Shown in pieces: positions 27,431 to 35,717 of a stretch of 64,000 nt of DNA. The position numbers were made by a program, and so were the translations under genes. This DNA is from Sphingobacteriaceae bacterium (GTDB lineage Bacteria; Bacteroidota; Bacteroidia; B-17B0; Aurantibacillaceae). Below the pieces are notes generated by a model, which did not search any database, was not told the DNA's origin, and saw nothing but the letters and a program-made list of their open reading frames with translations. The DNA lies in contig JBBIGQ010000005.1 of NCBI GenBank assembly GCA_037447455.1, positions 84,888 to 148,887 on the forward strand, given 5' to 3'. The stretch's first letter is position 1. Every line of letters starts with the position of its first letter.

Positions 27431-28057
27431 TCAAGAAATAGTTGTTGAACTCTTCTTTAGCATTTCGCATGAAACGGCTTCTCGATGGTCTTTGTTGGAA
27501 GGCCAATCTCTTAGCTTTGCATAACCTGCAACAAAGGCTGCAATAATCTGCTTTCCTCTTTTGCTTTCTGTGTCGTCAACTATTTGGCAAGCCGGTAAAA
27601 CTTTGGTGTAAGTTTTAATAGTGTTTTTGATGTGCTGTAAATCTGGGTTACCAGTGATTGATTTTGGTAGGCTAGTTTCAATGTCTGAAAAGTCAGATTT
27701 ACAAATGCTTCTTTCATCTGTCAGCTTTGAGAATAAACGTCTAAGCCCTGGATAGGTTGCAAGTTCGTAGTCATTTTTAAAACCAAAAGTCCCAACTCCT
27801 AAACACACTAACCAAGGTTTGTTTTGGTCGTTTGGGCAAATTATCAATGAAAAGTCGTGAAAAGGTCCAGACGCTTCTTCTTCTGGATGGATAAATCCAA
27901 AATATGCTCCATTGTCTTTAAGTGCTTCCTGTCCGGTGTTGTTCCTTTCAACATATGGTTTGTTAAATTCGTTATTCGTCATGGCAACGAATTTCTCAGC
28001 TTTTTCTTTTATGAATTTTCTAATTTCTTCAATTTTACTTTTTTCATTTTCACTCAT
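27431..28057 (-). CDS. Hypothetical protein, no family recognised; first gene of the two-gene islet
   Basis: Uninterrupted 208-aa ORF, ATG-initiated, stopping 25 nt before the ATG of the McrC-like pseudogene. No Walker A, no TM segment, no signal peptide visible. Notable segment: GPFHDFSLIICPNDQNKPWLVCLGVGTFGF. Confidence 0.5.
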   Translation of the reverse strand: MSENEKSKIEEIRKFIKEKAEKFVAMTNNEFNKPYVERNNTGQEALKDNGAYFGFIHPEEEASGPFHDFSLIICPNDQNKPWLVCLGVGTFGFKNDYELATYPGLRRLFSKLTDERSICKSDFSDIETSLPKSITGNPDLQHIKNTIKTYTKVLPACQIVDDTESKRGKQIIAAFVAGYAKLRDWPSNKDHREAVSCEMLKKSSTTIS

Positions 28058-28102
28058 TTTCTTTTTTTGTCTGTTGTTTTAGAATGTCTGATATTTTTTT
28101 CG

Positions 28103-28133
28103 ACTTGCCGCTTGTGGCAAGTAACTATTTTTT
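28103..28133 (+). terminator. Terminator-like hairpin plus T-run on the plus strand with no adjacent upstream plus-strand gene
   Basis: ACTTGCC (28103-28109), loop GCTTGT, GGCAAGT (28116-28122), then AACTA and TTTTTT (28128-28133). Confidence 0.4.
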
Positions 28134-28281
28134 CCGCAAATGCACATTTTTAATTCAAATTTTGAGACCGTTGTATAACTAACTGCTATTTTTTGAACAT
28201 TTTTTTCCTTAAACCTTCCTGTTAAAATTGTTAATATGAGTTTGCAATGAATTCAAATGATAATAATCAGCATTTTTTTTA

Positions 28282-28312
28282 TTGACTTTTAGAGTTTTAG
28301 GTAGTATATTTG
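28282..28312 (+). promoter_or_regulatory. Candidate promoter of the atp operon (-33 TTG / -7 TATATTTG)
   Basis: TTG at 28282-28284 and TATATTTG at 28305-28312, with a 20-nt spacer. The box ends 15 nt before the atpB ATG at 28328. Confidence 0.5.
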
Positions 28313-28327
28313 TCGCCGATTTAAAAA

Positions 28328-29350
28328 ATGCCAATGTTAAAACAGGTTTATACTATTCTTTTTTTTATACTAATTTCTTCCTCTTTTCTGGCCAATGACA
28401 ACCACCTTCCACAACCGTCGGCGCATTCAGAAAATGAAAACGTGGACATTGCCAAAGTAGCATTTGAACACATCTTAGACTCTCATTACTGGCACTTTTG
28501 GGGCGAAGGTCATGAAGCAGTGTCTATACCACTGCCTTGTATTGTTTATTCTAACAAAAGAGGATGGATGTTTTTCTCTGCTTCTGTGTTTGGACACGGA
28601 GAAAAAACTTACAATGACTTAAAATTAGAAGAAGACAGAATAATTCCATTAAATACGGAAGAAAAAATTTACGACTTTTCAATCACAAAAAATGTAGTAC
28701 AGTTATTCTTAAGTGCCATCGTTTTAATACTCATTTTTACCTCTGCTGCCAAGGCATATCGTACAAATGGCGTTAATAATGCACCGAAAGGATTGCAATC
28801 GTTTTTGGAACCATTAATTATATTTATCAGAGATGAAGTGGCCAGAGAAAATATTCCGGTTGAAAAAGCAGACAAATATGTTCCGTTTTTACTAACTATT
28901 TTCTTTTTAATTTTGATTAATAACTTGTTTGGATTGATACCTGTTAGTGCTAATGTTACCGGAAACATTGCTTTTACGTTTACATTGGCCTTTATTGTAT
29001 TATTAGTAGTTAATATCAAAGCCAATGCCAATTATTGGAAACATATTCTTATGCCGCCTGCTCCGGTAGCGCTTTGGCCTATTCTTATTCCAATTGAAAT
29101 CATCGGAATTTTCACAAAACCTTTTGCCTTGATGATTCGTCTTTTTGCCAACATCACTGCAGGACATATTATAATTATTAGTTTAATTGGACTAATTTTT
29201 ATTTTCAAAACCCTATTTATTGCTCCTATCTCTGTAGCATTTGGCGTATTTATTGACATGTTAGAAACCTTTGTGGCATTTTTACAGGCCTATATTTTTA
29301 CACTGCTTACCTCCTTATATATCGGAGGCGCTATCGAAGAACATCATTAA
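28328..29350 (+). CDS. atpB: F0F1 ATP synthase subunit a
   Basis: 340 aa. The C-terminal helices carry LMIRLFANITAGHIII, which includes the conserved Arg of subunit a. First gene of atpBEFHAG. Confidence 0.93.
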   Translation: MPMLKQVYTILFFILISSSFLANDNHLPQPSAHSENENVDIAKVAFEHILDSHYWHFWGEGHEAVSIPLPCIVYSNKRGWMFFSASVFGHGEKTYNDLKLEEDRIIPLNTEEKIYDFSITKNVVQLFLSAIVLILIFTSAAKAYRTNGVNNAPKGLQSFLEPLIIFIRDEVARENIPVEKADKYVPFLLTIFFLILINNLFGLIPVSANVTGNIAFTFTLAFIVLLVVNIKANANYWKHILMPPAPVALWPILIPIEIIGIFTKPFALMIRLFANITAGHIIIISLIGLIFIFKTLFIAPISVAFGVFIDMLETFVAFLQAYIFTLLTSLYIGGAIEEHH

Positions 29351-29368
29351 AAACATCATAAACCATAA

Positions 29369-29584
<216 letters not shown>

Positions 29585-29590
29585 ACTTTT

Positions 29591-29631
29591 TTCTGCCTCT
29601 TAATGCTTGATTAAGAGGCAGAAAATTTTTT
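29591..29631 (+). terminator. Strong intra-operon hairpin plus T-run between atpE and atpF (possible attenuator)
   Basis: TTCTGCCTCTTAA (29591-29603) pairs perfectly with TTAAGAGGCAGAA (29611-29623). The loop is 7 nt, followed by AA and TTTTTT (29626-29631). Confidence 0.6.
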
Positions 29632-29636
29632 GAACC

Positions 29637-30170
29637 ATGATAAATTTTAAATATATGTTATCATTCATCATATTAAACGCACTCACTACCCCTTCTGTAG
29701 GGCTAATTTTTTGGACAAGCATTGTGTTTGTTCTCCTTTTTTTGATTTTATCCAAATTTGCATGGAAACCTATTTTATCCGCTATAAAAAGCAGAGAACA
29801 AAAAATTGAATTAGCATTATCAGAAGCCGAAAAAGCCCGGCAAGAAATTCAAAAGTTAAAGACCGATAATGAAAAACTATTAATGGAAGCAAGAGCAGAA
29901 GCCGATACGATATTAAAAGAAGCCCGGGAAATAAAAGAAAAAATGATAGCAGAAGCCAAAACAGATGCACAAAAAGAAGCCCAAAAAATTATATACTCTG
30001 CCCAAGAAAGTATTAATGCACAAAAAGCGGCTGCAATAGATGAAATAAAACAACAAGTGGCGCTACTCTCTATTGATATTGCATCTAAAATATTAAAAAA
30101 AGAATTATCAAATGCCGATGCTCAAAAACAGTTGGTAAAGCAAATGTTGGAAGAAGCAACACTTAATTAA
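29637..30170 (+). CDS. atpF: F0F1 ATP synthase subunit b
   Basis: 177 aa with a single N-terminal TM followed by a long charged helix (EQKIELALSEAEKARQEIQKLK...). Operon position supports the call. Confidence 0.88.
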   Translation: MINFKYMLSFIILNALTTPSVGLIFWTSIVFVLLFLILSKFAWKPILSAIKSREQKIELALSEAEKARQEIQKLKTDNEKLLMEARAEADTILKEAREIKEKMIAEAKTDAQKEAQKIIYSAQESINAQKAAAIDEIKQQVALLSIDIASKILKKELSNADAQKQLVKQMLEEATLN

Positions 30171-30176
30171 AAATTT

Positions 30177-30722
30177 ATGATTGCAGCACACCGATATGCC
30201 CAAGCCATTTTGAATCTGGCGCAGCAACAAAACGCTACAGAAGAAATATATAACCACTCTAAAAATATATTATCCATCCTAAAATCCAACAGAGATTTTT
30301 ACAATTTCTTAAAGAGCCCTCTTATTAAATCCGACAAAAAAGAAAAAATAATCCGGCAGATTTTTGAAAAACATCTGCATATCATACTTATTCAATTGAT
30401 TAGTATTTTGTGTAGAAAACGAAGAGAAACTATATTTCCGGAAATTTTGGAAGCCATTCTTGTAGAATACAAGAAAAGAAATAATATCGTTACCGCCCAA
30501 TTGGTAACTGCCTTTAAATTTGATGACGAATTAAAAAAATTATTGTTGGAAAAAATTAGAATCTGGAAAAAAACAGACCGTGTTGAATTAAACGAAATAA
30601 CAGATGAAACTATTATTGGAGGTTTTATCTTAAAAACACAAGATGAACAAATAGATACAAGCATTCAATCACAATTAAATAAATTGTACCAATCCTTCAT
30701 TCAAACTAACTCATTAAATTAA
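30177..30722 (+). CDS. atpH: F0F1 ATP synthase subunit delta
   Basis: 181 aa. N-terminus [12 protein letters not shown] and C-terminus [25 protein letters not shown] are typical OSCP/delta sequences. Confidence 0.85.
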   Translation: MIAAHRYAQAILNLAQQQNATEEIYNHSKNILSILKSNRDFYNFLKSPLIKSDKKEKIIRQIFEKHLHIILIQLISILCRKRRETIFPEILEAILVEYKKRNNIVTAQLVTAFKFDDELKKLLLEKIRIWKKTDRVELNEITDETIIGGFILKTQDEQIDTSIQSQLNKLYQSFIQTNSLN

Positions 30723-30726
30723 TTTT

Positions 30727-32307
30727 ATGATAGAAATTAAACCATCTGAAATTACCAATATCTTAAAAGAACAAATTTCAGGACTTAAAACGGAAGCCGA
30801 ATTACAGGAAATAGGAACCGTATTGCAGGTGGGGGACGGAATCGCCAGAATTTACGGGCTCACTAATGTTCAATCCGGCGAATTAATTGAATTTGACAAT
30901 GGCATACAAGGAATAGCGTTGAACCTTGAAGAAGATAATGTAGGTGCCGTATTATTAGGTTCCAGTGAAGGAATAAAAGAAGGTAGTACCTGCAAAAGAA
31001 CACACCGCATTGCCTCTATTCGTGTAGGCGAAGGAATGTTAGGTCGTGTAGTCAATACGCTTGGTCAACCTATTGACGGGAAAGGACCTATCAAAGGTGA
31101 ATTATATGAAATGCCGATTGAACGAAAAGCCCCCGGTGTTATTTATCGCCAACCCGTTAATGAACCCCTTCAAACCGGTATTAAAGCCATTGATGCGATG
31201 ATACCTATTGGACGTGGCCAAAGAGAATTGGTAATTGGCGATAGACAAACCGGTAAGACCTCTATTTGTTTGGATACCATCATCAATCAAAAAGAATTTT
31301 ACGATGCCGGGAAACCCGTATATTGTATTTATGTAGCAATCGGACAAAAAGGTTCTACCGTTGCACAAATTGTAAGAACTTTGGAAGAATATGGCGCCAT
31401 GCCTTATACGATTATAGTGGCTGCCAATGCTTCGGATCCAGCTCCCATGCAGTTTTATGCGCCTTTTGCCGGTGCCGCCATCGGTGAATTTTTCAGAGAT
31501 ACCGGCAGACCAGCATTGATTATTTACGATGATTTGTCAAAACAAGCCGTAGCATACAGAGAAGTATCCTTGTTATTACGTCGTCCGCCCGGACGGGAAG
31601 CATACCCGGGAGATGTGTTTTACTTACACTCTCGTTTGCTGGAAAGAGCGGCCAAAATTATTGCAGATGATGCCATTGCAAAGCAAATGAATGATTTGCC
31701 CGATAGCATCCGACACATGGTAAAAGGAGGTGGCTCATTAACCTCGCTTCCTATCATTGAAACGCAGGCCGGAGACGTTTCGGCTTATATCCCAACGAAT
31801 GTCATTTCCATTACCGACGGGCAGATATTTTTGGAGTCCAATTTATTTAATGCCGGTGTTCGCCCTGCTATTAATGTTGGAATATCAGTTTCTCGTGTGG
31901 GTGGTAACGCTCAGATAAAATCTATGAAAAAAGTGGCTGGTACTTTAAAATTAGATCAGGCACAGTATAGAGAATTGGAAGCGTTTGCCAAGTTTGGCTC
32001 TGATTTGGATGCTGCTACAAAGAATATTTTAGATAAAGGTGCCAGAAATGTGGAGATTCTGAAGCAGAATTTATTTTCACCCATGCCCGTTGAAAAACAA
32101 ATTGCGATCATTTATGCCGGCACAAAAAATTTACTCCGAAATGTACCAGTGAATAAAGTAAAAGAATTTGAAAAAGATTATCTTGCCATACTTGAAGCCC
32201 AATATAAAGAAACATTGGAAAAATTGAAACAGGGATTAATTGACGATTCCATTACAGATGTTCTTGAGAAAGTAGCCAAACAAGTAGCAGAGAAATACGG
32301 TAAATAA
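30727..32307 (+). CDS. atpA: F0F1 ATP synthase subunit alpha
   Basis: 526 aa with Walker [10 protein letters not shown] and [16 protein letters not shown]. Confidence 0.97.
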   Translation: MIEIKPSEITNILKEQISGLKTEAELQEIGTVLQVGDGIARIYGLTNVQSGELIEFDNGIQGIALNLEEDNVGAVLLGSSEGIKEGSTCKRTHRIASIRVGEGMLGRVVNTLGQPIDGKGPIKGELYEMPIERKAPGVIYRQPVNEPLQTGIKAIDAMIPIGRGQRELVIGDRQTGKTSICLDTIINQKEFYDAGKPVYCIYVAIGQKGSTVAQIVRTLEEYGAMPYTIIVAANASDPAPMQFYAPFAGAAIGEFFRDTGRPALIIYDDLSKQAVAYREVSLLLRRPPGREAYPGDVFYLHSRLLERAAKIIADDAIAKQMNDLPDSIRHMVKGGGSLTSLPIIETQAGDVSAYIPTNVISITDGQIFLESNLFNAGVRPAINVGISVSRVGGNAQIKSMKKVAGTLKLDQAQYRELEAFAKFGSDLDAATKNILDKGARNVEILKQNLFSPMPVEKQIAIIYAGTKNLLRNVPVNKVKEFEKDYLAILEAQYKETLEKLKQGLIDDSITDVLEKVAKQVAEKYGK

Positions 32308-32354
32308 AACAAATATATTCCTTGACGAATTAAAAAATTAATCAACACACGTTT

Positions 32355-33245
32355 ATGCCAAATTTAAAGGAAGTACGAAATAGGATAACATCGGTGAATT
32401 CAACTATGCAGATAACCAATGCTATGAAAATGGTAAGTGCTGCAAAGTTGAAAAAAGCACAAGACGCTATTTTGCAATTAAGACCATACGCTAATAAATT
32501 AAAATCCATTATTCAAAATGTAAGTGTCGGATTAGACATTTCTGAAAACCTTTATTCAAGAGATAGTGAAAAGAAACAAAATATTCTTATTATTCCTGTT
32601 TCAAGTAACAGAGGATTAGCCGGCGCTTTTAATTCCAACATACATAAAAAATTAAATGAAGTAGTAAATCAGATTCAGATTGAAAATAAAAATTCTAACA
32701 TACTAGTTTTACCTGTTGGTAAAAAAGTTACTGAATTTTGCCGTAAGAAAAATTTAAATTTATTAAGCATAGAAAATCAGAATATAGATTTGTATGAGCT
32801 TTCTGAAAAACCAAAATTTGAAAACGCCGCTGTATTAGTAGAAACTATTCTAAAGTTATTTTTGGATAAAAAAATTGATGCTGTTCTGCTTCTGTACAAT
32901 CAGTTTAAAAATGTGGCTGTACAATATCCTATAGTAGAAGAATTCCTGCCTATAAAAAAATCAGAAGATTTAAAGAATACCAGTATAGATTACATTTTTG
33001 AGCCCAATAGAAACTACATCATTGATACACTTATCCCACAATCTTTAAAAACGCAGTTTTATAAAGCACTGTTAGATTCCAATGCTTCTGAACACGGCGC
33101 CCGTATGACGGCCATGCACAAAGCAACGGATAACGCCAAAGAATTATTACGAACACTGCGTATTGATTACAACAAAGCCCGACAAGCCGCTATTACGAAA
33201 GAAATACTTGAAATTGTAGCTGGTGCCGAGGCCTTGAAATCATAA
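32355..33245 (+). CDS. atpG: F0F1 ATP synthase subunit gamma
   Basis: 296 aa. N-terminus LKEVRNRITSVNSTMQITNAMKMVSAAKL and C-terminus ITKEILEIVAGAEAL. Confidence 0.93.
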   Translation: MPNLKEVRNRITSVNSTMQITNAMKMVSAAKLKKAQDAILQLRPYANKLKSIIQNVSVGLDISENLYSRDSEKKQNILIIPVSSNRGLAGAFNSNIHKKLNEVVNQIQIENKNSNILVLPVGKKVTEFCRKKNLNLLSIENQNIDLYELSEKPKFENAAVLVETILKLFLDKKIDAVLLLYNQFKNVAVQYPIVEEFLPIKKSEDLKNTSIDYIFEPNRNYIIDTLIPQSLKTQFYKALLDSNASEHGARMTAMHKATDNAKELLRTLRIDYNKARQAAITKEILEIVAGAEALKS

Positions 33246-33286
33246 ATTCGTTCAACTTATCATTCACCTAATAATCCCGTAAGATT

Positions 33287-34336
33287 ATGAAATTATCCAT
33301 GTTCAAATTTAATCTGCCAAAAGATTTATTGGCAGAGTATCCGGCAAAAGAAAGAGATCAAAGCCGGCTAATGGTTGTGCACAAAAATACAGGTAAAATT
33401 GAGCACAAAATGTTTAGAGATATCATTGATTATTTTGATGAAAACGATGTTTTTATACTCAATGATACAAAAGTTTTTCCGGCACGACTGTATGGAAATA
33501 AAGAAAAAACAGGCGCTAAAATAGAAGTGTTCTTATTAAGAGAGATTAACGCCGAAATGAAAATATGGGATGTGCTGGTTGATCCCGCCAGAAAAATAAG
33601 AATAGGAAATAAAATCTATTTTGGACAAAATGAAGAATTGGTAGCAGAGGTTATTGATAATACAACTTCAAGAGGTAGAACGTTAAGATTTTTATTTGAA
33701 GGCCCTTACGAAGCGTTTCGTAAAAAATTGTATGAATTAGGGGAAGTGCCTTTACCTAAATACATTAAGAGAAAACCTGAATCGATAGACGCTGAAAGGT
33801 ATCAAACGGTTTATGCTAAAAACGAAGGGGCTGTGGCAGCACCTACCGCTGGCTTGCATTTTAGCAGAGAACTCTTAAAAAGAATGGAAATCAAGGGTAT
33901 TCAATTTGCTACCATTACTTTACATGTTGGACTGGGTACCTTTAGGTCTGTTGAAGTGGAGGATTTGAGTAAACACAAAATGGAAAGTGAAGAATATATC
34001 ATACCAGCTAATGCTGCTAAAACTATTAACGAGGCATTGGATAACAAAAAACGTGTGGTGGCAGTAGGTACAAGTGCTGTGCGAACTATAGAATCTTCTG
34101 TATCTACCACTGGAAGATTAAATCCTGGAATTGGCTGGACGAATAAGTTTATATTTCCTCCCTATCAAATTCACATTCCTAATGCGCTAGTAACCAATTT
34201 TCACACACCGGAATCAACTCCTCTCATGCTCACAGCTGCATTTGGGGGGTATGAATTGATTATGCGGGCATATAAGGAAGCCGTAAAAGAAAAGTATCGC
34301 TTTTTTACTTATGGTGATGCGATGTTAATTATTTAA
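33287..34336 (+). CDS. queA: S-adenosylmethionine:tRNA ribosyltransferase-isomerase
   Basis: 349 aa. N-terminus [19 protein letters not shown], then [11 protein letters not shown], and [10 protein letters not shown] at the C-terminus. Confidence 0.95.
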   Translation: MKLSMFKFNLPKDLLAEYPAKERDQSRLMVVHKNTGKIEHKMFRDIIDYFDENDVFILNDTKVFPARLYGNKEKTGAKIEVFLLREINAEMKIWDVLVDPARKIRIGNKIYFGQNEELVAEVIDNTTSRGRTLRFLFEGPYEAFRKKLYELGEVPLPKYIKRKPESIDAERYQTVYAKNEGAVAAPTAGLHFSRELLKRMEIKGIQFATITLHVGLGTFRSVEVEDLSKHKMESEEYIIPANAAKTINEALDNKKRVVAVGTSAVRTIESSVSTTGRLNPGIGWTNKFIFPPYQIHIPNALVTNFHTPESTPLMLTAAFGGYELIMRAYKEAVKEKYRFFTYGDAMLII

Positions 34337-34450
34337 TAAGGTATTTGATACAAAATTGAACAGAAGTAAAAAGTTGTTAATTGAGGGCTTGTTGTTTTTC
34401 ATTTATTTGTCATTCTATAAAATTATATTCAAATTTGCGGCTAAAAAATT

Positions 34451-34768
34451 ATGGCTTTACAAGTGAATGACAACAATTTTGAAGAGGTTGTACTCAAAAG
34501 TGGTCAACCAGTATTGGTAGATTTTTGGGCGGAATGGTGTGGTCCTTGCCGGGCTATTGGTCCTGTTATTGAAGAGTTATCAAAGCAATATGAAGGCAAG
34601 GCAGTTGTTGTAAAAGTGAATACAGATGAAAATCCGGTTACGCCTACCAATTATGGCATCAGAAGCATTCCTACTTTACTTTTTTTCAAAAATGGACAGG
34701 TAGTAGATAAATTAATTGGTGCTGTTCCTAAATCTAGCATTCAAGCAAAGTTAGACGCTTTGATTTAA
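34451..34768 (+). CDS. trxA: Thioredoxin
   Basis: 105 aa with the WCGPC active site in [16 protein letters not shown]. Confidence 0.95.
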   Translation: MALQVNDNNFEEVVLKSGQPVLVDFWAEWCGPCRAIGPVIEELSKQYEGKAVVVKVNTDENPVTPTNYGIRSIPTLLFFKNGQVVDKLIGAVPKSSIQAKLDALI

Positions 34769-34838
34769 ATTAAATAAGAGCAATAGTAGAAAGTAGGATA
34801 TTTTTTGACTTATTATTTTTCTTAGAATTAAAAAGGGT

Positions 34839-35684
34839 TTAAAGCATTTTAAGATATTGTATTTCTTTTTCGGAAAGAAATCTCCATTTGCCTCTTGGAA
34901 GATTCTTTTTTGTCAGCCCTGCATACATGACTCTATCTAGTTTGATGATCTCATATTCAAGATGCTCAAATATTCTTCTTATGATGCGGTTTTTACCGCT
35001 ATGTATTTGAATACCTAATTCATTTTTACTTCCCATGACATAGCTAAGTGCATCGGGTTTAATAAAGCCGTCTTCTAATTCAATACCTTGTGCTAATTTT
35101 TGAACGTCGTTGTATGAAAAGTTTCGGTTGAGTTTTACATGGTATAATTTAGGTATTTGTGATTTGGGATGCATAAGTTTATCGGCTAGTTCACCGTCAT
35201 TGGTGAATAGTAATAATCCGGTGGTTTGCCGGTCTAATCTTCCGACTGGGAATATTCTTTCTTTGCAGGCATTGCTAATCAATTCCATTACGGTTTTTCT
35301 GTTTTGAGGGTCTTTGGTGGTGGTTAAGTAATCTTTGGGTTTATTCAAAAGCAGGTACACTTTTTTTTCGTTTTTTATCTTTTGTCCTTCTACTTCTACA
35401 ATATCTGTTGGTTTTACTTTGTAACCAAGAGTTGTAATAGTGGTATTATTAACTTTTACAACGCCTGCTTCAATAAGTTGATCGGCTTCTCTTCTTGAAC
35501 ATATTCCTGAATTAGCAATATACTTGTTTAATCGTATGCTTTGGTTCTCAGTGTTTGAAGGGGAATGAATGTTGTTATTGTTTTTTTGATAGGAATATTT
35601 TTTGTTAGTATATTTAGAATGTAATTGGGAGGTGCTTTTATTTTGATTGGAGGTCTTGTTTTTTTTATTTTTATTTTTTCTCAT
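34839..35684 (-). CDS. rRNA pseudouridine synthase (RsuA/RluB family) with S4 domain and K/N-rich N-terminal extension
   Basis: 281 aa with S4 motif RLNKYIANSGICSRREADQLI and catalytic GRLDRQTTGLLLFTNDG. The first ~50 residues are low complexity (MRKNKNKKNKTSNQNK...). Confidence 0.88.
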   Translation of the reverse strand: MRKNKNKKNKTSNQNKSTSQLHSKYTNKKYSYQKNNNNIHSPSNTENQSIRLNKYIANSGICSRREADQLIEAGVVKVNNTTITTLGYKVKPTDIVEVEGQKIKNEKKVYLLLNKPKDYLTTTKDPQNRKTVMELISNACKERIFPVGRLDRQTTGLLLFTNDGELADKLMHPKSQIPKLYHVKLNRNFSYNDVQKLAQGIELEDGFIKPDALSYVMGSKNELGIQIHSGKNRIIRRIFEHLEYEIIKLDRVMYAGLTKKNLPRGKWRFLSEKEIQYLKML

Positions 35685-35717
35685 AGGTAGTTGTATTAAA
35701 GATATGCTGTTGAAAAA

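Noticed and set aside
26837-28153. Plus-strand ORFs 26837..27073 and 27857..28153 in the islet
   Set aside because: They are antisense to the nuclease pseudogene and to the 5' end of the 208-aa ORF. They are short, Phe/Ser-rich, with no motif or promoter context.
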